Of a DNA stretch of 64,000 nt, positions 44,701-54,400 are shown piece after piece; the stretch's first letter is position 1, and the number at the start of each line of letters is the position of its first letter. The position numbers and the translations under genes were made by a program. A model generated the notes under the pieces. It was given only the letters and a program-made list of their open reading frames with translations, searched no databases and was not told where the DNA came from. Source of the DNA: a virus; IMG/VR virus record IMGVR_UViG_3300030104_006883, positions 32,001-96,000 of that record, one strand, 5' to 3'.

Positions 44701-47562
44701 CAAGTAGACGAAATTTTATTTAATCTTAACGCCGAAGAGCTTTATTGGCACTTTGATCATGTACTGAAAAATATTACTTTTTATGGACTGTTTACGGACA
44801 AGTCGGTGGGAGCTAACTGGACCAAGTGGGTTAGCTGTTTAAACGGGTACAATTATTATCCTTACGAACTTACTGAACGCGAAATAGACCCAACTGAGAC
44901 CAAGGGAGATCCGGATAAATCAAAGATTGCTTGGAGACAATTTTCAAATCCCGATGTGGAGATAGAGTTTTTACATCAGGTCACTAAGAAGAATAAAAAA
45001 GATAAATATCTTAATTCAACCTCACTCCCTTTGCTTGACTACCAAGACAAAAATTATGATTTTGCCAAGAAAACATTTGGGGATGGAAAAACTACCAACT
45101 TACACATAAAGCCCTCATTGTTGTTTGGAAAGACCACCATCCATTATGACAATGGCGAATACAGCAATGAGCCGGAGGGGCATCCAAACGTAACTAATTT
45201 TCAATCATTTAATTGGTATACTGACCACGGAACTTATGGTCAGAACGTAAACGATGGCATCGACGATGACATTAGCGAGCACATGGCGAAAAGATATCAT
45301 CCTGATTATTTGCATGAAGAAACAGCTAGAGTCGGCTTTAAAATTCTAAAGAGCGATGCAGGATCCAATGCTTTACCTGAAAAGAATGTTAACACGACGC
45401 CCTACACTCCCTCACAATATGCTAGAATTTGGGGTATCAAGGCAAAAAATTATTCACCTCTCCTTAATGAGTCTTATGGTAACATGAAGGACTGGGATCC
45501 TAATTGGGACGGCGGGTTCTTTGCGGGTGCAGGCGACGCCGGAAAAGCAATCTTGGAGGGTATAGGGAATATCTTCGGTCTAGGCGGCTTTACAGACTCA
45601 GAAAATCCAGGCCCTAGAAGCGTCCTCTGGTTTTTAAACGAATTTAAAGACATATGGACAGAGGACCATGGTAGAAGAAAGGCTACTCTAGATACTCTAC
45701 TGATGAACATGAAATTTTATCTAAACCAAATAGAAAACTACGATACCCTACCCCAGAGTCACATGAACGATTGGACGGCTCTTTACGTTAGTGATGCCGT
45801 TGACAACATCATGCTAAATGGGCCGGATCTTGGACTTAAGTCAATTAGAATTGGTAGAACAACTCCGGTCGGCAAGCAGTACGAAATAAACTCGATGGGC
45901 AACTTAGATGGACTTGATGCTCGTGGCCTTGATTTTGATAATGAGATTGGAGATGTGATAAATAAATTTATGTCTAAACCAAATTATGACACTTTATATG
46001 GACAGGATTTTGAACTAGCAGAAGACGCGGAATACACGCCGATCATTAAAATTCCTTTAGTTAGACAAGGCATATCTGGACATAAAGCAGGATATGAAAA
46101 CTTTAACTTCCCTATGGATAAATTTGCCGTCCACATGCAAGACTCGGCGTTCTTTGCTACGGGCAAATCAAAGAGCGCATATAACAATATGTATAATGCT
46201 AGATCCCTATACTTGTACAATTCGACTGCCAATACTTATGAAAGAATAGACGGACAACAAACGGTAGCGTATAAATTATTGAAGCACTGGTACGACAGAA
46301 TTGAGGAGCTTCGTGACAAGAGAGCAAAAATACTAAATAACTTGAGAGATAAAATAATAAAGTTTATGCCCGCATCTCCACCTGGAGATTCTTATAAGGT
46401 GCAAGACGGAGACGCCGAAGTAACTTTCCCAGGGAGTGGATTTTTTGCAGACCAGCCGCATACGAACTACTTTAAACCTTTTAAAGCAGGAGTTAGGCTT
46501 AGCTATGTTCTCCCCGTTTCGGAAGAGTCAGAGGACGCGATACCTGCGGAAATGCCAATTCCAAAAGAAGTTTTGTCTAGCATGGTTCAAGCGCGCCGAG
46601 TTGAGGCTGGAACGCCTGGGAAATGGTACCCACCTCTTTACAGAAAGTCGTATGAGATAATTGAAAGGCAAGCTAGAGAAGTGAAGGTCGATGATGATGT
46701 AGAGGTGCAAATTACCAATAAACAAGTTTATAAAATTCCAATTGCTGAATCTAAAATTAAAATTAGTGAGATTTACGGAATTGAAGATCAAGAGCTACCA
46801 GTAGCATTCGCGCTACAGCTAGATGAAAACAATGATATAAAATACGATTATAACAAAGTTTACGAAGCTATTTTTAAACTTAAAGAAAAGCTATTAGAGA
46901 GCCCCGACTTCCAGGTTATGTTCAATTACTCTCTTCCTGTTGAAGACTTATCAACAATGAGCGCTCTGGCGACTTACAATACTGTGGTGGATAAAGCCAA
47001 GCCAGGTCTAGGACAAATGTTCGCTACAACTAAAAAAGATCTATTGAATACAATGCAAGCATTTAGCCTGCCTCTTAGCTATGATTCGGAAGCCTTAATT
47101 AGATCTTATGAAGAAGAATATGCTTTTACCACTACTGATCCGATTGACGAAACAGGAGTAGACGCAAAAGTTATTTTTGATGCAAGCCGGATGATTTTGA
47201 AAGCAGTGGCAGAAATTAGCGATCCAACAGTTGCAACAGCTAAGGCAATTAAAGATGTGACATACTTGGGTGTAAAATCAACAATAAAAGCTGGCGAAGC
47301 AGCATTTGGTGGAGACGCCTCATCGCTTTATGACAACAGTACTATGAGATACTGGAGAAGTTCAAAAGCGATGGCCCCAATTATTCTTTCATTGCTGCCG
47401 TATCCCATAATCCCGGCCCCGCTCTTGTTCAGCATGGGGATTGTCAAGCCATTTCATATTACGCCCCTTGGTATGGCTTATCTTGGCAATTCAATTTATG
47501 AACATATTGAGCCGCGTGATCAAACCCTTGCTGCTGGGTATCACTCTGATAAGGACTGTTAA
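38719..47562 (+). CDS. giant 2,947-aa virion-associated protein of unknown function
   Basis: Uninterrupted ORF between spike/lysin and gp25-like genes; hydrophobic Pro-rich C-terminus; no recognisable domain. Confidence 0.75.
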   Translation: MAKKIKGLTIPVSLYWTTEKSFVDSDNKRRLSEELQSIIRKKAADILDSEYSLSPGAYFDLSNGTAFLLPSAKSKKSFSYQPATSEMQVKVFLPSSKVKSLGITKKSDLPTTYLFDSTDYLILVFDESFSDSSPIMKKFEEFKAILKSMVDTADKFGVDLYKEKYILENFDAWTSGVRDDIQEFYKQKKQSAQQTGFASLYDMGPVIPILGITFPNTKNINDYRSELAESVPTLGQFMDTLPGLAPGQTARSLSEEESKEFEITRNREVNLNNDDYVAKIGFKKNHFGFTFIKSIPEDAVRFGEAEFEAQFALSANPLSEEELKELEIPPAQAGDAETLANNQLLNPTPKRTQNTIGGEYYPTFVNYIRNMNEIIKEYPAQSDDVYGVDRQVDLMPFLEMYHYPQDIPLKDLEKIGRSFDEAEENYKTAAQVDTENKELHVLNAKIADKLHNQVVNAPFTRQDAADTLKENGGLHGAYGSLMQDGFNFDSLNYEYDVPWLSYPGNSKIRPSHIISDSIVSQISSGKMLSRIKTIKDIENLIVKRLTIRDLLIMALTCADRYGTPNINVLERIDKFLMALGNTRVMPAFRKTTPIGDFWVDFTDQIEGVIKETVEKAIVEFFKQTLVMIASCNVEGVGKQFKKGTADLGNFLTNKDGALLKFADDVLTKSLQKTPNSQNLLRTKNELERIAKIVTTNTTPLELRECLQGNASDAVIAAIAEGLGRELGFNAEKSAVESSLKQMGREDCDLALLDERIEEYALETADTSTELCADFKRQLKEKYSNYDDNLLEEIIGSLPDKDPETALAFDPEFALQPCELLKIPDPAGDFMNQSAYESAFTSVKTKFTFELNAFPIFLLDSGAVRKLNIKTDLVEIDDGTFMPTMTSNKGALEDNSLGLLKEYKKLLDDDTRALVQVVSSDSRQDVKYNAANPKATTLLMENPNIPPVLLKILEDLAAEEPDAVANLSLKKKVNSQDLKNSNIVDGLEYDKEIILRNKVYANLSPVGISQQLISVTGLQSIEIDNLKETLSLRISSPPPNKQLESAIKSFDKDFKYPNVLAASFGLIENAQPTSQAERFSQVATKGWKDILGKIDDSYTSAFRTAMRIHYPVAVDAFAGRFSKKAKYSPFLMSDKLTTMSIFDDPLCPTKQVDLLDLAALTASMETIRKNFICQGMDEQEALQRAIQAGLTITFMRVLIYEKFLPSIFYFSEVGMDNVNKEIYMAFIFSLFCAEIDGGGDDILGIMAQASRDLLSEEEAIDLSNTDALKLLLEKTLYEVSDKVKENIQTTSELDVNAEKFGEVSDVLLRRILDTPVIATYGPVQDDLKNKPLTDDTLKLQGRTVYPEILNVPTFMSVYEDTANQALDTARYLAYTYNGKKNDDLIGILQQASKDKTIDLSSLDAAIALADGAVPPELFNNESGKLVSIEKQLLKNDIDKKYFKEGGFLLEQFIEVQTKKGFSLKDITKDTQVKKINFNLNPLFSNVSAEDALAEGVYGEISEESFDYVDDFLELAGSTPLLSGYVGLDDFYSLTTITQNINEGFSELSQIDKDLHNMLEEWKQFRYRPTAIPKQVLDLNQESEIFKNINSIDESGNINVFKSINSIDDIANTNGNSHVPIGAHRLVAPNTSKAKKGANFSFYIRGDSLNSAKKSTVKYTPNSLLKFDADLDAIDWAKWETLDFADIPAKQSVLYDTVVSLYQIMFKKQGTNLDVFKAELMMRGFVPYTGDTLDTTEQGASLSVQDNNVIVAPAGYSVTDPYLLKAWLNVGYIHKYLRSLKYRVEYESKFTWEIWEDTDYQGQEKIILGGGDIDNPTSTDDCYAVFGKIYSNLSKLFGDQEEQRFHVKQLEYDAENEKWRLSFKSSVIPRLLLYMENLYQEELGLFPIEKDLIEYVKDTDFSNINEASENILSFLNLQYAIPKPEEGTSEMENWQAIFNPVYVTVSLPFGKSLGLSNAATFGEMNNNFVEFDVNTMAQSFKDDELKFSANLVTSYNQVDEILFNLNAEELYWHFDHVLKNITFYGLFTDKSVGANWTKWVSCLNGYNYYPYELTEREIDPTETKGDPDKSKIAWRQFSNPDVEIEFLHQVTKKNKKDKYLNSTSLPLLDYQDKNYDFAKKTFGDGKTTNLHIKPSLLFGKTTIHYDNGEYSNEPEGHPNVTNFQSFNWYTDHGTYGQNVNDGIDDDISEHMAKRYHPDYLHEETARVGFKILKSDAGSNALPEKNVNTTPYTPSQYARIWGIKAKNYSPLLNESYGNMKDWDPNWDGGFFAGAGDAGKAILEGIGNIFGLGGFTDSENPGPRSVLWFLNEFKDIWTEDHGRRKATLDTLLMNMKFYLNQIENYDTLPQSHMNDWTALYVSDAVDNIMLNGPDLGLKSIRIGRTTPVGKQYEINSMGNLDGLDARGLDFDNEIGDVINKFMSKPNYDTLYGQDFELAEDAEYTPIIKIPLVRQGISGHKAGYENFNFPMDKFAVHMQDSAFFATGKSKSAYNNMYNARSLYLYNSTANTYERIDGQQTVAYKLLKHWYDRIEELRDKRAKILNNLRDKIIKFMPASPPGDSYKVQDGDAEVTFPGSGFFADQPHTNYFKPFKAGVRLSYVLPVSEESEDAIPAEMPIPKEVLSSMVQARRVEAGTPGKWYPPLYRKSYEIIERQAREVKVDDDVEVQITNKQVYKIPIAESKIKISEIYGIEDQELPVAFALQLDENNDIKYDYNKVYEAIFKLKEKLLESPDFQVMFNYSLPVEDLSTMSALATYNTVVDKAKPGLGQMFATTKKDLLNTMQAFSLPLSYDSEALIRSYEEEYAFTTTDPIDETGVDAKVIFDASRMILKAVAEISDPTVATAKAIKDVTYLGVKSTIKAGEAAFGGDASSLYDNSTMRYWRSSKAMAPIILSLLPYPIIPAPLLFSMGIVKPFHITPLGMAYLGNSIYEHIEPRDQTLAAGYHSDKDC

Positions 47563-47577
47563 TAATAGTTTTATCAA

Positions 47578-47586
47578 ACTATTTAT
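47578..47586 (+). promoter_or_regulatory. putative late promoter ACTATTTAT, overlapping an 8-bp inverted repeat (47564-47583)
   Basis: AATAGTTT-TATC-AAACTATT; 17 nt before ATG 47604 with AAGGAG RBS. Confidence 0.55.
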
Positions 47587-47603
47587 TTTAAAGGAGCCAT
47601 GTT

Positions 47604-47978
47604 ATGCCTGGATACGGAGCAAAACTTCCATTAATAATTGATGCACAAGATGGGCCATATTCTCTAGTACACGATTACGCGACGCTTATGCGGCAAAACC
47701 TAAAGATGCTTTTGCTTACTGCTCCTGGTGAGAGGATGATGATCCCTAGCTACGGCGTGGGATTAAGAAATTTTCTTTTTGAAAATAGGGGGCCTAATGT
47801 TAAAAACGATATTAGGGCAAAAATAAAAGAGCAAGTAAAAATTTACTTGCCATTTATAAAAATTTTGAGGATAGCGTTTTTCGATACAGAGGAAAACACT
47901 TTATCCTTAGAGGTCTCCTATGTTGTTGAGTCTTTGAATTTAAAAGACCTTGTAACAATAAATGTTGATTTGAACTAA
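47604..47978 (+). CDS. baseplate wedge subunit, T4 gp25/GPW family
   Basis: QNLKMLLLTAPGERMMIPSYGVGLRNFLFE...I.EQV..YLPFI. Confidence 0.9.
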   Translation: MPGYGAKLPLIIDAQDGPYSLVHDYATLMRQNLKMLLLTAPGERMMIPSYGVGLRNFLFENRGPNVKNDIRAKIKEQVKIYLPFIKILRIAFFDTEENTLSLEVSYVVESLNLKDLVTINVDLN

Positions 47979-47982
47979 TTAT
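47974..47982 (+). promoter_or_regulatory. putative late promoter ACTAATTAT
   Basis: Motif variant 22 nt before ATG 48005 with GAGG RBS. Confidence 0.45.
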
Positions 47983-48004
47983 TTTTGCTTGAGGAAACAT
48001 AGCA

Positions 48005-49798
48005 ATGGCAAAAAAAAATAATCCTATAAATTATACCAATAGAGACTTTGAATCGATAAAACAATCACTTGTAGAATATGCAAAAAGATATTATCCTACA
48101 AACTTCAAAGATTTTAACGAATCCTCATTTGGTTCTTTGATGCTTGACACCGTTGCATACGTAGGAGATATGCTCTCCTTTTATCTTGATTATCAAGTTA
48201 ACGAATCCTTCATAGATAGTGCTGTTGATTATGATAATGTCGTTAGGCTAGCAAGGCAGCTTGGATACAAACTCGATAAGGCTTATACGTCTTCCGGACT
48301 TGTCTCTTTTTTCTTAGTGGTCCCAGCAAAGACTGTTGGTGGAGGTCCCGACACCGACTACATGCCAAAAATATTAAAGGGCAGCACGGTTAGAAGCCAA
48401 AATGGTTCCTCTTTTACTTTAGCGGACGATATAGATTTTTCCGATGATAATAATTTAGTTTATCCGGCAACGATTGATTCGTCTACCGGAAGGCCGCTAA
48501 AGTATGCTGTGAAGGCGACTGGCAATGTGGTTTCGGGTGAACTGGCCGTTAAAAGAATCTCGGTGGGCAACTTTACTAGGTTTTTGAGATTGGCAGTAGA
48601 TGATGAAAACACGACAGAAATTATATCGGTCTATGATGCAAGCGGAAGACAATACTACGAAGTAGAGAGCCTAACGCAGGACTTTGTTTATAGGTCGGTT
48701 CCGAATCCGGGGTCGGACAGGCAACTTGTAAAAGAATTGATGAAGCCTGTGGTTGTGCCTAGAAGATTTGTTGTTGAGAAAGATGACGATAATACATTCC
48801 TACAATTTGGATTTGGATCGGAGTCCGAGCTTGATTCAGACGATGTAGTGGATCCTAGCAAGATTAATTTTAATTTGTACGGAAAAAAATATATTAGCGA
48901 CTCTACTTTTGATCCCACAAAGCTTTTATCGAATAGTAAGCTGGGCATAGCCCCTAGTGATACCACCCTGACAGTAACCTATAGAAAGAATAATACAACA
49001 GATTCAAATGCTCCGGTGGGCGGAATTGCAAGTCCGGGCAAGATTAACTATTTCTTTTTAGCAGAAGAAAGTTTAGATGCTTTTAAATTACAAGAAGTTA
49101 GAAGCAGCATCGAGATCTATAATGAAGAACCGATAAATGGAGACATAGAAAATCTATCTGCGGACGAGATTAGAGTTAGAGCTTTGGGCGCTCAAGCCTC
49201 TCAGGGGAGAGCAGTCACTAGACAGGATTACGTAAACCTTTGCTATAGAATGCCTGCCAAATTTGGAGCGATAAAGAGAGCCTCTATATATCAAGATCAA
49301 AACTCGGTAAAAAGAAATCTAAACTTATACACAATTAGTGAAGACTCCGACGGCAACCTTACGGAAACCAACTCCACAATAAAAGAAAATTTAAAAACTT
49401 GGATTCAGGGGTACAAGATGCTTAACGACACTATTGATATCTTAGACGCTTATGTTATCAATTTAGAGATTGATTTCGTTGTAACTGGAGATAGACAGTT
49501 CACGCCTGAGCAAACACTTACAGACTGCCTGAACGCTCTCAACGAAAAGTTTTCTGTAGTGCCGGAGATAGGCGAACCTTTTAAAGTTAGAGACATTTAC
49601 AAAGTTCTAAATAAGCTAGATAGTGTCTTAGATGTCGTAGACGTAAAGATTGGACAAAAGCTAGGCGGTCAATACTCTAGTAATGAATATAATATACCTA
49701 TCAACACCAGCGGCGATGGCTCACAGATCCTCATACCTGCCAACATGATATACGAAATCAAGTTCCCCAACACAAACATCAAAGGCGAGGTCAGATAA
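48005..49798 (+). CDS. baseplate wedge subunit, T4 gp6/baseplate J-like
   Basis: NYTNRDFESIK, DFNESSFG..MLD..AY..D.L.FY.D, LARQLGY, RAVTRQDY. Confidence 0.85.
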   Translation: MAKKNNPINYTNRDFESIKQSLVEYAKRYYPTNFKDFNESSFGSLMLDTVAYVGDMLSFYLDYQVNESFIDSAVDYDNVVRLARQLGYKLDKAYTSSGLVSFFLVVPAKTVGGGPDTDYMPKILKGSTVRSQNGSSFTLADDIDFSDDNNLVYPATIDSSTGRPLKYAVKATGNVVSGELAVKRISVGNFTRFLRLAVDDENTTEIISVYDASGRQYYEVESLTQDFVYRSVPNPGSDRQLVKELMKPVVVPRRFVVEKDDDNTFLQFGFGSESELDSDDVVDPSKINFNLYGKKYISDSTFDPTKLLSNSKLGIAPSDTTLTVTYRKNNTTDSNAPVGGIASPGKINYFFLAEESLDAFKLQEVRSSIEIYNEEPINGDIENLSADEIRVRALGAQASQGRAVTRQDYVNLCYRMPAKFGAIKRASIYQDQNSVKRNLNLYTISEDSDGNLTETNSTIKENLKTWIQGYKMLNDTIDILDAYVINLEIDFVVTGDRQFTPEQTLTDCLNALNEKFSVVPEIGEPFKVRDIYKVLNKLDSVLDVVDVKIGQKLGGQYSSNEYNIPINTSGDGSQILIPANMIYEIKFPNTNIKGEVR

Positions 49799-51426
49799 TG
49801 TCAATTAAAAGATATTTTGCTACAGCAGACAATACGATAACTAATGCCTTCAAGTCTAGTTTAACTACAAGGGGTACCGGATCGAACATGGGCGCTGCTG
49901 ATGTTTTAGAAGTATTTTCTATTTCTGGCCAAGCAAGTTCTGGATCAACTGAACTATCTAGAGTTTTGATACAATTCCCTATTTCTGGGTCAACGACTGG
50001 AGAAATAAAAGCAGACCGAACAGCAGGCACTATCCCTGCTAGTGGTAGTGTTAGATTTTATCTTAGAATGTTCAATGCAAAGCATAGTCAAACGCTTCCT
50101 AGAAATATGATTCTCAACGTACAGGCAGTTTCGCAGTCATGGAGCGAGGGAACTGGCCTAGATATGGAAAACTATACAGACAGGGGCGTTTCGAACTGGG
50201 TCTCCGGTAACATCTCTGGAAGCGTCGGTGCGCCTGCCTCTGGTAAAGGCGGCTGGGACGGGGCATGGGGGACTTCCAGTATGGACCAAACGACTGGGTT
50301 TGTCCCTGGAGGCACGTTCCACACGGCGGCGTATTCTGCCGGAACTGATGGAATGCCAATGTACACTGCAACCTTCACCAATGGTGATGAAGATATGGAA
50401 GTGGACGTGACTGCGGCAGTGGAAGAGTGGATTGCGGGTACATACTTAAACTATGGTTTTGGTGTGTATCTTACATCTTCACAAGAGGCATATTCGGTGG
50501 GGGACGGAACTAACGTTCCAAGAAATTTAGGCGGCTCGACTGACTCGTACTACACAAAGAAGTTCTTTTCTAGAACAAGCGATTTCTTTTTCAAGAGACC
50601 AGTACTAGAAGCCAGATGGGACTCCTCCGTTCAAGATGACAGAGGCCAGTTCTTTATGAGTAGTTCTTTAGCAACCGCGACAGACAATCTAAACACTCTC
50701 TTTTTGTACAACTACATAAAAGGGCAATTAAAGAATATACCGGAAGTTGGCACAACAGGATCAATCATGGTTGCACTGTACTCTGGTTCTGCTGATGATA
50801 CGGAGCCATCGGGCTCCAAGATGATTCTTAGCGCAGGCGGAAACGCAGGGGCAAGCCTCTTATACGCTACGGGAGGATATCACGACACGGGTATTTATAC
50901 GGCGTCTGTAGCCTTTACTGGGTCCTCAGCGTTGGAAACAATTTACGACGTCTGGACTTCCGGAACTTGGGATAATCACGAAGTAACGCAGTTCTTTACA
51001 GGCACGATAACTCCCGTGGGAATCACAGGGTCAATAAATTATCCAATTAGAGAATATGTGACAAACATAATCAATTTGAAGGCGGCATATACGGATAAAG
51101 AAAAGCCAAGACTTAGACTGTTCGTTCGAGACAAAAATTGGAATCCGAATATATACAGCCTGTCTTCTACCACGCCAAACACAGAGGTCATTGAAGAAGC
51201 ACACTATAAGATCGTTAGAGCAGTAGATGGTCTAGAGGTTCTTGCATATAACACTGGCAGCACCAAAGCAACCAAATTATCTTACGATTCTAATGGCAAC
51301 TACTTTGATCTAGATATGAGTATGTTAGATACAGATTATATGTATAAAATTTACTTTGCATATAATATCAATGGCGATTATCAAGAGCAACCGGAAGTTT
51401 TTAAGTTTAGAGTCGAAGAAAAATGA
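49798..51426 (+). CDS. Ser/Gly/Thr-rich structural protein with DNRLRE-like N-terminal domain
   Basis: ELSRVLIQF, FYLRMF, VSQSWSEGTG pattern; many SGS/TGS motifs; coupled to baseplate gene. Confidence 0.55.
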   Translation: MSIKRYFATADNTITNAFKSSLTTRGTGSNMGAADVLEVFSISGQASSGSTELSRVLIQFPISGSTTGEIKADRTAGTIPASGSVRFYLRMFNAKHSQTLPRNMILNVQAVSQSWSEGTGLDMENYTDRGVSNWVSGNISGSVGAPASGKGGWDGAWGTSSMDQTTGFVPGGTFHTAAYSAGTDGMPMYTATFTNGDEDMEVDVTAAVEEWIAGTYLNYGFGVYLTSSQEAYSVGDGTNVPRNLGGSTDSYYTKKFFSRTSDFFFKRPVLEARWDSSVQDDRGQFFMSSSLATATDNLNTLFLYNYIKGQLKNIPEVGTTGSIMVALYSGSADDTEPSGSKMILSAGGNAGASLLYATGGYHDTGIYTASVAFTGSSALETIYDVWTSGTWDNHEVTQFFTGTITPVGITGSINYPIREYVTNIINLKAAYTDKEKPRLRLFVRDKNWNPNIYSLSSTTPNTEVIEEAHYKIVRAVDGLEVLAYNTGSTKATKLSYDSNGNYFDLDMSMLDTDYMYKIYFAYNINGDYQEQPEVFKFRVEEK

Positions 51427-54400
51427 GTTTAAAAGATCTCTTTAAAAAAGAAAAATTTAGTCAAGTCTTGACTAAAAAAAGCAAAAAGGATTTGGAGCAA
51501 GAGGTAGAATCTTCTGCTTTTGTGCCAACTTATTTAAAAAAGTCTAATAGAGTTCTGCCTCAAGTGGACTACTCTGATCCTAAAAACTTTGCTAGATACG
51601 GCCTAGCGTCTCGATATTATAGGGATTCAATTGAGCGTATCTACAAAGAGTATCCCTATGATGGCTCATTAAGAGAAAAGATGGAGTGGGATGAAAGCTC
51701 TCTTTTAATTGATAAATATATTTTTGAAGAGCATTACCCTAGAACAAATGGATATATTAATTTTCTAGGATCTAGAGAAATGAGTACTGTAGCTGGTAAT
51801 TTTACTAGTTTTACTCACCCGTATGCTTATAACGATTACGCACAATATATCTTTTTAAAGGGAGGACCGCATCCTAGCAAACTTAGAGGCACAGAAACCC
51901 TAAGCGGAGAGCTTGTGCCAAGCTCCTCTATCAACTCTTTACCAAATTATTATGATTCTAACATTAATAGAACATCGAATCTTGAATTTAATGGAACCGA
52001 TGGAGTTACGGTAGAGTTCTGGCTTAGGAAAGATTCTTACCAAACGGCATCTGAATCTCCGACACAAACAGTTTTTGATCTTTGGAGTAGCGGCTCTTGG
52101 GGTGCTGATGTCGCAGGACAGCCTGGTTATGGACGTCTAAAGGTCGTCTCTTGTGTCGATCCTGTTGCATCTGGTTCTTCATTGTACATCTCTTTAATGT
52201 CCGGGTCAGGGCAGTATACCCAAGGAGTTTTCGACCCTCAACCTGCCACGATTGGCGGAGAAACACTAATATCAATAGGTACGGACGTTCCTGTCACAAG
52301 CTCAACATGGCACCATTATGCCCTTAGCTTCGCCAATACGGGGAGCAATATGAGAGCAAGATTATATGTGGATGGAGCCCTAAACCAAGAGATAGTAACA
52401 GGATCCTCTATTTCTTCAATAACGGGCACAATGGTGGCACAACTCGGCGCTCTAATTACTTCTCCTTCTGGATCTCATGCCGCCACACAGGGCTATGGAG
52501 CCCTAAGCGGGTCTTTAGATGAGTTTCGATTCTGGAGAAAAGAAAGAACTCCTGAACAGATTGGAAGATACTGGAAAAGACAGATTGGCGGCGGCACTAA
52601 CACGGACGATGTAAAATACTACTACAGTGGTTCCGTAGACGAAGGTAATGCTGTAGAGCTTGGGTTCTACTACAAGTTCAATGAAGGAATAACGCAAACA
52701 GCCAGTGTTGATTCAAACATTCTAGACTATTCCGGAAGAGTAACAAACGGTACTTGGACAGGATATAGCAACAGCAGCGCGCTATTAACGGATATGAGAT
52801 CAACAAATTCTGCAATTGTAGAGGCAAGCGCGTCAGCGGCAGAGTTTAAAGATCCGATAATTTACGAGAGACATCCAGATGTGCAGTCACTACTGGAAAC
52901 GAAAATAAAAGAAGGCGAACTACATGACCTTACTAATAACGCATCGATATTTAATTCATTCCCCTCTTGGATAAGGGAAGAGACAGAAGACAATCCGACA
53001 CTCGAACAATTATCTCAAATAATGGGCAGCTATTTTGATGAGCTACACATTATGATTGAAGATGTGAACAAAGTAAAGGATATCAGATATGTGTCTGGGT
53101 CTCTATCTGATGTTAATAAAGAATCTTCAATTGCTAAAAATCTCTTGTCAGGGGTCGGCTTTGACACGCCGGAGTTATTTGTTGATGCGGAGGTAATCGA
53201 AAAGTTTCTTCAAATGGGCGATGATAGAACCTATTCACAAAGCATAGATGATATTAAGAACCTCATATATAAAAACATTTATAACAATTTAACACACATA
53301 ATGAAATCTAAGGGGACTGTTAAATCTCTTAGAAATTTGATGCATTGCTTTGGTGTTAGTGAAGACTTAATAAAGATTAACACCTTTGCCGATAATATGA
53401 CTTTTGCTGTTAAAGACGAATATTATGATTCAACAATAAAAAAGACTTTCTTAGACTTTAGTTCTCTAGATGCGAGCAGTGCCGCTGTCTACCAGCAAAC
53501 TTCATCCTTGATCACGGATTCTACCGCGTATCTGTCGGCGTCTGGTTATCCCGCTGCACAGCAGGAATCGGATGGCTTTGGCTCTACATTTGAAAGCGAA
53601 GTGTTATTTCCATACCTACCGGATCAAGATACAGTAGAGTTTAAAGGCAACTATCCTTTAACATCTTCTATTTTTGGTGCACACTCCGCAAGACTGACTG
53701 CTCCGGCGGATACAACGTGGCAAGATGACAGCGGGGAAGATTACTTTTTCGAAGTACGCTCTGTAAAGAGCGTCAAAGACACAAGACACTCGTATTTCCA
53801 ACTTGCCAGCCCGCTGTTGTCTACTGGCTTTCTAGAGACTGAAGTTTTTTATGATGTATACGACAACTCGAATTGGACTTTTGCTGTTAAGGTTGCGCCT
53901 TCTAAGTACCCTCAATCTACACTAGACAATAGAACAGTGGGCACTGCCGACACTTATGTAGTTGAGTTTTATGGAGTCAACAACGTACAAGATATTATTA
54001 AAAATGAGTTTCATCATACGGAGACAATTAGTAATACGCTTGGAAAGAACTTTATGTCTTCGGCCAAAAGACTGTTTGCGGGAGCTAGTGTGGCCAACTT
54101 CACAGGCTCAGTCAACTTCTACTCAGATGTAAAAATTTCATCTGTCAAAGCATGGATGTCTCATCTTACTAACGAAGAAATTAAATCTCATGCAATAGAC
54201 GCTGGTAATTACGGAACTAGACAACCAGCGAACAACGCGTTTGTTTTCCAAACAGGGTCAACTTCTAACGACGGATCTACGAATGTTTTTATTCCAAAAA
54301 TAAAAACTCTTGCGCTTGATTGGGACTTCGGGCTTGTCACGGGCTCGGATGCCGCAGGAGCTTTTGCGGCATATGACATAACCTCCGGCTCCAGCGACCT

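Noticed and set aside
38719-47562. Tape measure protein call
   Set aside because: No evident periodic repeats or Ala/Gly-rich helical composition, and no tail tube or chaperone genes adjacent; cannot be supported without HMM search
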